From the human T2T-CHM13v2.0 reference genome, Homo sapiens: DNA of 64,000 nucleotides. How positions within the stretch are numbered: position 1 is the first letter of the stretch; the number at the start of each line of letters is the position of its first letter. The notes beneath the pieces are model-generated. The model ran no database searches. It was given only the letters and a program-made list of their open reading frames with translations, and was not told the origin of the DNA. Of this stretch, positions 1 to 13,461 are shown in pieces. Both the position numbers and the translations under genes were made by a program. The stretch is taken from assembly GCF_009914755.1 (NCBI RefSeq), contig NC_060937.1; one strand, given 5' to 3'.

Positions 1-869
1 ACAAAACAAAAATAAGTAAAAATAGCAATCAAATTCAAGATCTAAGAATTTTGTAAATCCTCAGCTATAGCAGCTGAATTAAAAAAAAGAAAATATGCAA
101 TCAAATTTTTTTCATTTTTTTATAAACCTGATCAAATCTCATTGTATTTAAAGTTATTTTAAGTGACTGTTTGGCTTTAGTTGATAATGAGTAAGCCATA
201 GTCCTGAGCTTCAAAATCATTATTGATTGTTGAGAGGGTTGAATTAATCTAACCGAGTCTACTGCAGTCTGGCTCAAAAATGGTTAGATAAAATAATAGA
301 TTTATAAACTGACAGGACTGAAAAGCTGTAGTAAGGTCATAAAGCCTATTAAATTCTTCTTTATGCCTTCTACATCAATTATATGTAGAGGTCATAGACT
401 TTTATAATTGGGCATAAAGTAGTGACATGAAATATAACCACATTAATTTTATCCAGTTTTAAGATTTTTAAATTCCTTTTTCACATCTTTTCTGAGAAAT
501 GTTTATACTATTGCTGGAAAATAAGGAGTGATAGTGACAGGTATGATTTACATTTTCACAGATGATAAAGAAAGAACCAGGAAGTTAATTGGACTGTGCT
601 ATTTTTAACCAGCAAAATATCCGTAGAAGAAGAATTTGATGCCTCAATTTTACTTGAGTAAATTTCACAAATATAGTAATTGATTAACTATTTATTGATC
701 CTGGCACTTCAAATTTTAGATATAAAGTAACTTTCTTAAAAAACCTTTATTTAAGCCCTAACATATTAGATCTTTTTGTTATGAGATCTTACTGCATTGC
801 TTATTTATAACAGATATTTATCCCAGATGTAACTTAATATTTAATGTAATATTTCCTGTTTGATGTTGC

Positions 870-975
870 CCTACTAGAGCCTATAAGAACCGTGGTACTG
901 ATGTTTTAATAGGTCTCACATTCCCAGTGCCTAATACAGTGCCTGCACCCAAGATTTATTCAAAGATTTTGGTTA
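870..975 (+). mobile_element. L2 LINE 3' end fragment
   Basis: cccagtgcctaatacagtgcctgcac matches the L2 3'-terminal motif. Confidence 0.45.
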
Positions 976-3240
976 GTCAAACACACTTCTTATATTAATC
1001 TTCTTGCCCAGGTAACTATCTTCTAGAGTATCAAGGAGAAAAGATACTGAGTTGGAGTTAAGCAGGTTTGCATGTTATTCTGAACTGCCATTCACCACAT
1101 ACTTCATTGTTTCAGTCCATGTTGCAGTGACATACTATTGCACTGGAAACATTTGAGAATTATCATTTTTATTCGCTTGAATGTTTCTTTCTCTTTTGTT
1201 AATCATGAGTAAGTATAGTTATGTATAAATTGTCAGCCATAATCATTTACAATATATCAATACCAAGTGTAGATATATCAATAGCAGGTGTCTTGAAGTA
1301 GGCAAACTGTTCTGAAAAGAATCATATGCATGGGCAATATTCGTCAATAGGTGCTGTATGTCCCAAGGAATGGAGTTAAAGTATTCCTTTTTGTTCTCCT
1401 CTTCTGATTTGATGGGATACAGAGCTCTTACTTGCTAAGCAATAGTATTGTTTGCTTTTGTTTTCTCTGCAAAATTAACTGGTATAGTGAGATGAACCTT
1501 AGTGGGAAGTGGGCAGGTAAATTTCCACAGAACTGTTAGAAAAGACATGGGAAGAAAAGGATCGAGATAACTTTATTTAGACATTAAATTTTCTGGAAAG
1601 TCTCTGATCAACTCCTATACTCTTGGTCATACAATGCATTTTAATATTTTGTACTATATACATTTCTTTATAATTTTAATTCAGTCGTTAGTTAAATGAA
1701 CATAAATCATCAAATTTAAAGCAATATCATTACTTTACTTATAAACAAATTTAATGCATTTAACTGACACACTGATTTTCTTTAAAGTTACCCCAAATAA
1801 GAGACCAGTATACCTGTAACAAGTTTACCAATAACCAGACATATTAATATATTTCAGTAATATTTTTCATGAATATTGCTTCTTTTTTTCACCTGTTTTT
1901 CAATATAATTCTGAATCTCTTTACCTTTCTCTCTCTTTCTCTCTCTCTCTCACTTTCTGTCATCTGAATTTGATCCTGATGTGTCAATCTTACTGGTATA
2001 GGATAGTCACTTTATCATCACTACATAAATTTTATAGAGTAGTTTTCATAAAACTAAAAAAAAATGAATCTTTTTAGAAAATATGGTGGATAATGTTATG
2101 GACCACTGCATTTTGGGAGGTTTTTATAGTTCCCTTCACCAATTAAATAATCAGTACAGTAAGTACATCTTTGGACTCAAGTATCAAGTAAGGAGAGATT
2201 TCATTATGGGCGGAGGAAAACTGAACTTTGGCATTTAGATCCCACTAAGATTGATTTTGATCCAGCATTTGCATCATTTGAGACTAATTTGAAAAAAATA
2301 GAACAATCATGTCAGGAGTGCAGAAACATTAAGAAAGTATATATTACTGAAAACATAATTTTGGCAAGATTATTACATTATAAATAATATATCTCAGGAA
2401 TCATACATATGTTATTCAATGACATGCAGATGGTAATCTTTTATAAAAGGGGTTTTAGACTTGAGGAGCCACGAATTAGGCTATCTTGTGAAATAAATTT
2501 CTAAGTCTATTACATATGGACAAAGAAAAACAACAAAAAAAGTAAGACTATTTGAAACAATAAAGTAAGCTAATATTGTAAAACAATATTGGTATTAAAC
2601 ATAACTTTATAGTAATCACATGATTTCAAAGCAATTAAGAGGTTTTCCACAAACTGAAAGAAAGCCCTTTATTTTGGCAATATTTTGCTTATTTTAAAAA
2701 GAAATAATGTGTTTCTCCAAAATCTGCATAGTAGGAAATTAAATCCTTCATAAAACATAGAAAAAACAACACATTAAAGTTTGATTACAAATTATAAGAT
2801 AAGAGAGACTGTTATAGAAATAATAAATCATAGTTCAACTGTATAATAGGTAAATAAATTCAGGTTTTAAAACCTGCAGTTAAAAATTTTAATAAAACCC
2901 ACGAAGTTGTTAACCAGAAAAAAAAAAGACAACACTGAATTTAAGGCAGTTTTTAGATAAGTAGGTTAGAGGATAGAAGACAGCAGGCAAAAGGCTTCAT
3001 AATTTCTTTGAATGTGTGGCAAAATAACTAATAATTGTAACTGTGGATTCTAAACTAACTTGTATCTTCTGATGGCAAAGATATTTTTGTACTTTTTAAA
3101 ATCCTAGGGCACATTCAAATCCAAACTATAAATATATATTTCTTAACCTTGCTATTTACCTTCAATAACTTTAATGAGCATATAAATGGCATATCAAAAT
3201 TTTCTCAAATACCATTTCTTTTATTTTTTTTAGATATTTC

Positions 3241-3572
3241 TTTTTTATTGTGGTAACAATATATCACATAAAATTTACCATCTTAATCTTTTTTAAATAT
3301 ATGGTACAGTAGTGTTAATTATATGCACATCATTGTGTAACATATCTCTACATCTTTTTCATTTAGCAATACTGAAACTCTATATTCATTGAACAGTTAA
3401 CTTCCCGCCCCCATCAACTTCTCACCTTGGGCAATCACCATTCTACTTTCTGTTTCTAATATCTTCTCATATAAGTGAAATCATACAGTATTTATCTTTC
3501 CATAACAGGTTTATTTCACTCTGCATAAGGTCCTCAAGTTTCATTCATGTGCAGGATAAGACAGTATTTCCT
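3241..3572 (-). mobile_element. L1MB-like LINE-1 3' end
   Basis: T-tract, then tattgtggtaa...cataaaatttaccatcttaa...ctgaaactcta...caccattctactttctgtttct...tcatataagtgaaatcatacagtattt, typical of the antisense L1MB 3'UTR. Confidence 0.8.
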
Positions 3573-4269
3573 CAATAAAATTTAGAATGCTATGTTTACA
3601 TTGGTATGTTTGTTTAAAAGTTATTTAAGCAATCCAGAAGAAATTTTTTACCTTTTAAAAGAAAGAAACCTGTTTGTAAAAGATACTTATAGAGAGCCCC
3701 CATTATATAAAGCTGATAATAATGATCATTTAAGTATAACTTTATTATATAAATTTTTATTTTATAATATTTTTGCACAATTGAGTGCAATGAGTCGCTT
3801 CATTTGTTTTACTGGTGTCGTGACGCAACATTCTACAGATTCATTTTTTTTTGTGAGTATTAGCTCCTGTTGTATGCACAGATATAGCAGATGCTTTCAA
3901 ACTTTTACTTGATTGCAGGCCACATGTATTATAATGATGTATTTACTTGTATAAAAAAGAGTAATTTCTTCTCTAGTAAAATATTTACAGAAAAAGTTTA
4001 CATTATGCAAAAGTGATGCCTGATAAGGATATATTGTAATATTTACAAATAAATGAATTTTAAAATATCTTCTGTGCCTATAACAATAGTATATAGTTCA
4101 TAAAATTTGTAGAGAGTTCACAGTTGATCATCTGTAGTTAATAAGAGTGATCTCAAACCAATATTTAAGTTTTCAGCTGTGGTGGATAAAGACACAAGCA
4201 CTTAAAAGGAATATACCACCTTTTAAAGAGGATATCTTTAGTTTGAAAAATCTTGCGTTTGGGGGACCT

Positions 4270-4400
4270 TTGTGTCATCCAAGCGGAAATGGTGGGCTAC
4301 AGTTGTCTATATGAACCCAGAATTTAGGAAAATCTGTGCTTAGAGATATTGATTTGGGAGTTATCAACATACAAGGGAAGCCTATAGAATGAGGAAAATA
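4270..4400 (-). mobile_element. L2 fragment
   Basis: catccaagcggaaatg...tagagatattgatttgggagttatcaacata resembles antisense L2. Confidence 0.5.
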
Positions 4401-6324
4401 GAGAATAATTGTGTACAGAGTGAGACTGCTCCTTAATCACTGTTAATCTGCAATCTAGTAAATTGATCAGGAATAATTAAGAATTGACTACATATATTTA
4501 AACAGAACAATTGAACTGACAGTTCTGCTAAATTCCTGTAAAGCCTCCATTGAAGCTAACTTGAATAAGATTTTCTCTTACAAGATGATCTGAAAGTGAC
4601 ATTTAGGCAAAACTTCCACGATGGTTATCTTTCTAAATACTTCTTAGCTGAAAATATCTTCATATCTTTGCACTATGTGCACAGTTTAAACCATGTGTTT
4701 GATATATTCTATATAGATGTCATTCAAATATTATCTGTATCCTTGTATTATAAGTATTATTTGCTTATTTTTGGCCTGCTTTCAGAAATTGTGAAATATT
4801 TGACTACAGGGATATAGTATTAATCCTCAGTCTGGTACATAGGGGCAACTTCATTGGCTTTATTTACAGCAATCCATTTATTTGCAGCCCTGAAAATAAG
4901 TGAGGTTGTGACTGACATTCAACAAATGTTTACCAAGTTAACCACTGCCTTAAAAATAAAACCCTTTACTACTATTTGGCAGGACTGTTTCTACTACTGG
5001 CAGGATTATTATTTCCCCACCACCACCTCACTGCTTATGTTTCTGGTCTCCTCACTTATGAGCAACCATGTGTTCTCCATGTGATCAGTCAATTCCTTTG
5101 TGAAAACTCTTTCTGATCGGCCAGGGCTACAGATGGGGTTTAGTCAATCATACAAGGGGTGTAGTTGTTTATTGTTGCTTCTTTATGTTTGAATTGAGAT
5201 TCATCTAGGTCCAGAGAAATGACTTAATTTAATGTAACTGTCTCTCACACACTTGGGTATTTTAATTCCTTTGCCATGTTTATTCTAGTCTTTCCAGTTT
5301 GAAAACAGTATCTGTAACAGAAAGTATATTAATAAAAGCAAGTTTGAAAATGACTATTTTTGCTCTTTCTGTATTATCTTTATATGAGATATCACCTGAT
5401 CCAGCAACGGTGCTAAATTTTCTAGTTACTGTTTTTCTTATGTTCTCAAAGTTCATGCTGTTGTTTAATTTGTCCTTGGCTATGCATCGTAAATGCTATC
5501 TAATATACATCTCTTTAAAAACTGGGCTTGGAAAATAAGCTTTGCTGCCACATTAGTTGCTTTTGGTTCTTTGCTAATTTTTGTTCCAATTTTATTTATT
5601 TTATTTGCTTGATTATTCGTTTCAGTAATAATATTGCATGAATCAAAGTATCAGTACAGTTCTGGTATCTTGAGGCCTAATACTAACTCAAGACCCTGCC
5701 AATATCTGAATCTAAGGCTGATATTTGTGCATAATTCACCAGAGTAAAAGTTTAAAATGTGCACTTTTAAAAGCACGTACTCTTACTTTCCCATTTTGGA
5801 TGATATACAGCATACTGCTTGTTAGAAAAGGTTATTTATAAGATTTTTAGACACCTGCAATGCAATCTGCTTGAGGATTATTACAATAGCCTGATTTAAA
5901 TATCAATTTTGTCAGTTTGAAGAATTAGATTTCTACAGTATATCAAAATTGACTTCTGGTTCTTAATAAGATGACAAACTAATGTGGGCTGCTGACTCCC
6001 TCTCTCTATTATAACCCTAGAGATGCCGTAGGAGGGAGACTAACATAGTTGAGATACTCACGTAAATATTTTTTTTTAAATCATAAGAGAAGAGAATCTG
6101 CATGGGTCTCGAAAATGTGGAAAATTGCAGCCCAGAGCAGTGGAGGGGGCAAGCAAGATAATGGGTGGGGAAGCATCTTTTTGTTGTATAAGGTCTTGAC
6201 CTTCAGCCTAATATTCTCCCTTTTCTCTGCCCCAGAGATATGACTGGTTTTGAATTTGTAAAACATATCTTGCTCTGTCTAACCACAAATCTTCCTACAT
6301 GTTGCTTTATCTTCCTTGCATACT

Positions 6325-6620
6325 GTCTCACTTTCTTTCTTGGCTAATACTAACTTATTTTTCAGATCCAGCAATAACCTTTTTTCCTCAAGGAATCTAT
6401 GGCCTCCCTGTTTGAAGCACATCCAACATTTTGAAAACTGCTTTTCTCTTATTCCTCCTGCACATTTGATATTCTTCCCTATGTCATAACGTTATGGTAA
6501 TTCATTCTAATAATTTAGTGCAGATTTGTATGCATATTTGACTATTCCAGGATAAACAGAAAAATATCTGTTCTGGACTTTTTTTCTGTCTTTCTAGTGC
6601 CAGCAAAGTGCCTAGCTCAT
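6325..6620 (+). mobile_element. L2 3' region fragment
   Basis: ttggctaatactaacttatttttcagatc...tctagtgccagcaaagtgcctagc; degenerate. Confidence 0.4.
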
Positions 6621-6936
6621 TCTACTGATGTAGAAACCTGCCTCCAGAAATCAAGTAAATTGCTATTTACTTTTCTACTCCATACTTCTCTTTATCTTTG
6701 TGTCCCAGCTGTATGTACTGTCTTTTCTCACCAAAAATAGTAAGTAGATAATCCCTGTGAATAATATGTGAGCACATTTCAAAATGAGTGAGATCATGAA
6801 GACCTACCAAGAGATGTGATTGTTCTGGATCAAGAAAATTTCTCAAATATTATCTAGAGGGCCACATAGCTTATTACCTTACTTTAGATATTAACTATTG
6901 TACCTAATAAACTAAGGATATATATAGGCAATTTTT

Positions 6937-7095
6937 GAGTATTTATTAAATGCCAGGAGCTTCAAAGTATATTTACGCACGGTCCCATTTAATTTTTGTA
7001 ATAAAATAAGCACTATTATTTTTTGAGAAAATTAGAGAAGTTGAGTAAGCTCTTCAAGATCACAGAGTTAGTCTGTGGGGAAACCTGCACTCTAG
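6937..7095 (-). mobile_element. MIR SINE
   Basis: gagtatttattaaatgccagg...cactattatt...agagaagttgagtaagctcttcaagatcacagagttagt (antisense MIR core). Confidence 0.6.
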
Positions 7096-8860
7096 AGTAC
7101 ATCTGTCTTTAAATGCTTTCTTTGTTGGAGACTATCAAAACAGACTTCCTACCTTTTACCATATAGACACATGATTCAGTCTTCAGGCCCAGAGACAAGT
7201 GGAATCATTAGGGAAATATCTATCATTTGAGGACTGGAAGAAATCCCTTTGTAAAAATCTTCCCATTCTTCAACATAGTATACAGTAACAGAGTAATCTA
7301 TGGTAAGGAAGCTTGCCTGTTTGAGCCCTCCTCCTAAGAAAACCAAAAACTTGAGAAGCAAAGTTTCATTTGTAAGTGCCAAAAACATCATGACGAAGTT
7401 TTTTATTGCTTATATACAAACAGCAGTTCCCAGAGTAAAAGAGTTTTTCTTTTTTTGGAACAGAGTGGGGAGTGGCACTGGGAACAGAAGTAAGAGAGGC
7501 TTTATGAAGCACAAATCTTTATTGTTAAAATCTAAAGTAACAGAAGCCAAAAAAATTTCAGAGTGCACCTGAAATGAACACTCATTTTTTTTTCTTGAGA
7601 GGTAAGTATATCCAAACCTGTCTAAGAGGATTATAAGCAAGTTGAAACCAGGAAGCATGATTTTCCTATAAAGCTTAAGAGAGGCTGTAGAAGTGGCTTT
7701 TATGGGAAAAAAATAAGAGGAACTATTATTAAAGAAGGAGTGGGACCAGGAAATTTGAGGGGTAGTTTGTGTGCCAGGATTCTAAGTTTTTATTTTGTGA
7801 CCATGGCATACATCAAGACAAGCTCCAGCACAGCTTATTGTCAGGGTCTAGTTTAATATATGGGTCTTCTAACTCAAATCTTTGTTAAATTTACTACAGT
7901 GTCTCCAAAATGTTTTTTCTAATATATTCCAGTTTGTGTTTACAGTCTACCAACTTGTTTAGAGATTAATCCAGTGACCATAAAATGTATGTATAATGAT
8001 TTTCACTTAACTCTCAAAAAATTCTGAATCACCTTTGTTCCTCACCAGGATATTCTAGGCATAGAAAACACATTTGGAAGGAAAGACTTTGCTCTCTCTT
8101 CTTCATATCCAAAATATAAAATTCATTTAAATGCACCAAACACTATTGTGTACATCTTTTTGTACAAAATGCTGCACTTCTACAAGACTCCCAGAGTGCC
8201 AAGATAAAAAAGATAAGGTTTGTACTCTCCAGCTGAGTCACTTAGCCAGTAGTATTAGAGAAAGAATCTGCAAACGGTGGGAAATTTTTTCATAAGTAAA
8301 GGTGGCAATGACTGTAGGAGAGAATCCCAAACAGCTGTTGAAGAAGGAGATGAAATAGGGAAGCCACAGGCATTTGGGCAGAAGATGGTCCTAGCACAAC
8401 ACAAAACAATTTCACATAGTCATGGATGTTTGGAAAGTGAAAGCAGCAGACAGACCACCCTGTGTGTGATCATCTGAGATGCATTGGCTCAATTTCAGCA
8501 AAACTGTCATGCAGCCTCGGGGACAGATCCATAAAACAGAAAGCTGAAATTGGGCAGTAGGTTATAGTTTTGCACATCCTGTTTGAGAAGAAAGAAAAAA
8601 GGCTTAGAAAAACCCATATATTGGTATGTATAAAGTGGCATCCAATATGTTTTAATCAAATGCCTATTAAAAATGATAGTATCAGCACCTTCTAAGAAAA
8701 GGAAAGACTAGATAAGTTCTCTACACAGAAAAGTGTTGGACATTGGCTTTTTCAGCTTCCTTAAAGTTTAGCAGGTGGTGCTATTGACTGAAACCTGGTC
8801 TTTGCATGTTGAGGACCACAACCACATTGGCCTCCAATGAATGTAAATCATCTCTTCAGC

Positions 8861-8935
8861 TTTTTTAAAATTATTATTTGTATAAATTTATGGGGTACAT
8901 GTGCAATTTTGTTACAGGTATAGGTTGCATAGTGA
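8861..8935 (-). mobile_element. very short L1 (L1MA/L1PB-type) 3' terminus
   Basis: T-tract plus taaatttatggggtacatgtgcaattttgttac...ttgcatagtg. Confidence 0.65.
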
Positions 8936-9479
8936 TCTCTTCCATTTTCTCAAAGCAAATCATTGCTTGTCTTCCATCACAGACTAGTGAGAAAAGGAAA
9001 GATACAGTAATTTGTATGATACATATTTTTTAAAACTCTATTACCCAAGTCAATTTTACTGGTCATTTTAGCAATTGTCTTATAAGCTATTCTGAATCCA
9101 AGTGGGATTTCTTATGTCAGTATTTGGCATCTGAGAAAGAGAATGGCTAAAACTTGAAATTATTCATTTCATAAAATATATAGATATATTTTCTGAAATA
9201 TATTTATTTCATGTATATATACACACAAATGTAATTGATTATAAGTTATCATATATATTAAGGAAATTGACTTTTAAATGAGCTTTACAAAAATAATATT
9301 CTTTCCTTGGAATCTTTTTTTTCTAAATAACAGGAATTTTATTCAACCTTATTTAGGGGAAAAATACAGGGAGAATCAGAGGAAGGAAGGGAAGAGGGAA
9401 GGTGGGGGGAAAGTGAAATATATTATTTAAGTAAAAACATAAATTATAGTTCATTCACATATGGCCCAAATTCCTGAGA

Positions 9480-9790
9480 CTAGACTAGGACCTGGAAAGC
9501 TTTTGTGTCTCAAGGTAGATGTGACCTCAGATTCTTTTTCTAGGGTTGAATAGCATTCTGTCATAGCTCTTATCTTAACATAGCTCAATTTGTCTCTTTC
9601 TCCGTAGGTTAGCTTTCTTCAGTTCTCTACATGCACAGCTCAACATGGGAGCCCCACAAAGAAGTCATTAAGAAAGAACCATAGATATGTCTCAGACTTT
9701 AATACAAATTCTTAAGACAGGCGCTCATTGGTCTAGTTTGGATCAGGTGCCTTCTTCCCTCAGTTATGGCCACGGATAAAAGGGTCATTG
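9480..9790 (-). mobile_element. old MaLR LTR fragment (MLT1K/L-like)
   Basis: ctcattggtctagtttggatcaggtgcc...tatggcca resembles the MLT1 motif tgattggcccagcttgggtcaggtgcc; degenerate. Confidence 0.4.
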
Positions 9791-10050
9791 TTGTCATAGG
9801 GCATTTCTCAGGTTGCAGAAGAGTTGTCAGAGAAATTAAAATTGGTTATATTCTAATTAAACTATTTAAATTATAATTTTTAATGATCACATTTGCATAT
9901 CTAAAATTAGTGATGTGTGTGTATAAATATATAATCTCACATTTATAAATGAAATTAATACTAGTGACAATATTCTTTGAGAACATTTCTCCAGATTTAA
10001 CAATCTAGCCTCAATTAAACCACTGAAATTTTTAGGCTATATTAAGTTTC

Positions 10051-10225
10051 TTTTTTAATAGACATGTAAAATTTATGTATATTTATGATGTACAATGCAA
10101 TGTTTTGACATATGTGTACCTTGTGGAACAGCTAAATTAAGCTAAATCAAGCTATGTAACATATGTGTTTCCTCACATACTTATTGTTTCTGGTGAGAAT
10201 ATGTAAAATATAAGCCACTGACATT
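10051..10225 (-). mobile_element. L1MA-like 3' end
   Basis: tgtatatttatgatgtacaa...cttgtggaa...aaatcaagcta...cctcacatacttatt...tggtgagaa. Confidence 0.7.
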
Positions 10226-10234
10226 TTGAAAAAA

Positions 10235-11870
10235 ATTTATTACAGAATATTTAACAAGCTATCAAATTGTACATATTTAAAGTAAACAAAATGATAAATT
10301 TTGACATAGTCATATATGGAAACATCATCAAAATACGGACAATGAACATATACACAAAATCCAAAACTTTTCTCATGCCTCTTTATGATTTTTCAAAACC
10401 ATTTCTTCCCAAGTACTCCCCCGTACCTAGGCAACAACTGATATATTTTCTTTTGTTAAAAATAAATTTGTATTTTCTAGAAATCTATATGAATGGAATA
10501 AGAAAATATATACTACTTTTTTCTATCTCCTTTTAACTCAGCTTAATTATTTTGAGATACATTCATATTGTTGCATAGATTGAATATTTAATTTATTTAG
10601 TTGCTGAATAGCATCTTCGTATATTAGTATTCCAAACTTTGTTTATCCATTTGCCTACTAATGGACATTTGGGTTATATTTAGGTTTTGGATAATACATG
10701 CAAATCTGTTATGAACATTTGTGTGCACATCTTTGTGCTGGCATATGCTTTCATTATCTTGGATAAATACCTAGACACGGAATGTCAGAGAATGTTTTCC
10801 AAGGTGGTTGTATCAATTTGTATCCCAGCAACAGTGTATGAAAATTCTAGTATTCCTCAGCCTTGCCTACCCTTCATTCCAATATGTGTCCAGTGGTAAC
10901 TCATTGTGATTTTCATTTATAATTCTTTTTTTGATTAATGATGATGAGTATCTTTATATGTAATTGTGTATAATTGATGTATTTTTCATGACTCAAATCT
11001 TTTACCCATTTACAATATTTGGCTGCTTTTTTCCTAATTATTGAGTATAAGAATTCCTTATATGTTCTAAATATAATGTTTTTGTTAAAATTATGTTTTG
11101 CAAACAGCACAGTCTGTCCCTTGCCTTCTCATTTTCATAGGAAATCAAGTTTATTGATTTTTTAAATTGTTCATATTTTTGAAATCATATTTTTAAAATT
11201 TTGACCAAATTTAACGTCATTATAAGTTTCCCCTAAATTTTTGCCTAGATATTTAAGATTTTAATTCTTGCCTTTATATCTATGATACATTTGTAATAAC
11301 TGGTTTTTGAATATGGTATAAGGCAAGAGCCAAGATTTTTTTTAATGTATATGTCTCTCCAATTGTTCCAGCACCATTTGTTGAAAAAAAAAAAGATTTC
11401 CAAATTGAATTACCCAGCATGCTTTCCAAAAATCGGTTGGTCATATATGTGTGGAACCATTGTGTTCCACTGATATACATGTGCACTTTTAATATAATGG
11501 CACATAGACTTTATTTATAAGAAGTTTTGAGGTAAGATGTTATAGGTTTTAACTATTCTTTTCAACATTATTTGAAGTATTCTAGCTACGTGGCATTTAT
11601 CATATACATTTTCAAATCAACTTTTCAATATTTAAAGATAAGCTTGCTCACATATTCACTGGGACTGAGTTGAATCTGTGGGTCAATATGGAAGGAATTG
11701 AAAAAGTCATTATATCGAGCCTTCTGACCCACAAATATGGTATATCTCTCTATTTATTTAGGTCTTGTTTATCTCAGCAATGTTGTGTAGTAATTAGTGC
11801 ACAGGTCTTGCATGCCTTTTGTCAAATATATCCCAATATATTTGTTAAATATATTTCTAAGAATTTCACA
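10235..11870 (-). mobile_element. old L1M (L1MC/MD-like) 3'UTR plus ORF2 C-terminal fragment
   Basis: aaattgtacatatttaaagt...tttgtttatccattt...atggacatttggg...ccaattgttccagcaccatttgttgaaaa; ORF 11280-11486 contains STNGAGTIG, an out-of-frame L1 ORF2 signature. Confidence 0.8.
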
Positions 11871-11989
11871 TTTGCATATCTCACTAGCATTTTTACTTAA
11901 AGTTTCAGCTGTTCATTGTTTGAGCCAATTCAAATTTCTTTTGAAAAAAATACCACTACTGGAATTTAACTTTGGTAAGAGCATGATGC

Positions 11990-12829
11990 ATCTCTTTCCA
12001 TCTTTAACATTTTAACCTGTATCTTTGCATTTCAAATGATATTTTTTGTAAATAATATACAGTTGAATCATATTTTTGTTGAATATGACAGTCTTTGCCT
12101 TTTAATTTGGAAGTTAATAGCATATATATTTGATGTAAGTATTGATATGGTTGGGTTTCAACCTAAGATCTTGTTATTTTTTGTTTATCTCTTTTTTCTT
12201 TTTCCTATTTAACAACCTCTTTTGAATTAGTTGTATATTTTTTCATGATGCTATTTTTATCTCCTTTATTCACCATTTAGCAAAATCACTGTTTAACCTT
12301 TTCAGTGGTTCCTTAAATTTCATAGACTACACTTTTAAATTGATATCTTCCAACTTTCATAAACATTATACTACTCCACATGTATTATTAAAAACTCACA
12401 ACATAATTCTTTCATCCTCTCTTGAATTTTGTGCCACTGTTGTCAGATATTTTATCTCTATGTATGTTACTAGCCTAACCATAGGTCATTATATTTTTTT
12501 ACTGTCTGCAGTCAATTATCTTTTAAGGAGCCCTCAAATAGGACTTTGTATTAATTCACAGAATTCCACTTTTATTTTTCTTTATTTCTTTCTGTAGATA
12601 CAGGTTTCTATTTGGTTTAATTTGTCTATTACCTCTAAGAATTTGTTTAACATTCTTATTCTTATAGTGCAAGTCTGCTGCTGCTAAATTAATTCAGCAT
12701 TCATAGTTCTCCTAATATATTACTTTCATATTTTTTTCTGAAAGATATTTTCTCTGAGTATAGCATTTTAAGTTTATGGGTTTTATTTTTTCTTTTAATG
12801 TACTAAAGATTTTTCTCCATTGTCTTTTG

Positions 12830-12873
<44 letters not shown>

Positions 12874-13020
12874 ATGTTTCAATAAGGTGTCCGTTGTCAT
12901 TCTTATATTATTCCTCTAATGTGGTTTTTTATCCCTCTTGCTACTGTTACTATTTTATTTTTACCATGATTTTAACAATTGTATTTTAATGTATTTTGGT
13001 ATAGTTTTCTTCAAGTTTTT
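11990..13020 (-). mobile_element. old L1M fragment including the ORF1 C-terminal region
   Basis: minus ORF 12712-12900 gives KRQWRKIFSTLKEK..., like L1 ORF1p RRQWNNIFKVLKEK. Confidence 0.7.
12832..12870. repeat. (TG)n microsatellite, ~19 units
   Basis: direct reading. Confidence 0.97.
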
Positions 13021-13056
13021 CTTTTTTAAGTAGTATATTAGTAAATGATCTTTCCT

Positions 13057-13424
13057 TCTTTTTTTTTTATTTCAATAGTTTTTGGGGATCAGGTGGTGTT
13101 TAGTTACGTGGATATTTTTAATGGTGATTTCTGAGATTTTGGTGCACCCCTCACCCCAGTAGTGCACACGGTACCCAATGAATAGTCTTTTATCCATCAC
13201 CCTTCTCCCACCCTGCCTGCCAATTTCCTAAAATCTATTGTGTAATTGTTATGCCTTTGTATCCTCATAGAGTAGCTGTCACTTATAAGTGAGAACATAT
13301 GATATTGGGTTTTTCATTCCCTATTTACTTCACTTAGAATAATGGTAATAATGGTCTCCAACCCCATCCAGGTTGCAAATGCCATTATTTCATTTCTTTC
13401 CATGACTGAGTAGTATTCCATCAC

Positions 13425-13461
<37 letters not shown>

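Noticed and set aside
3592-3912. 106-aa plus-strand ORF
   Set aside because: F/L/Y/K-rich composition typical of chance ORFs in AT-rich DNA; no homology recognised and no promoter or splice context.
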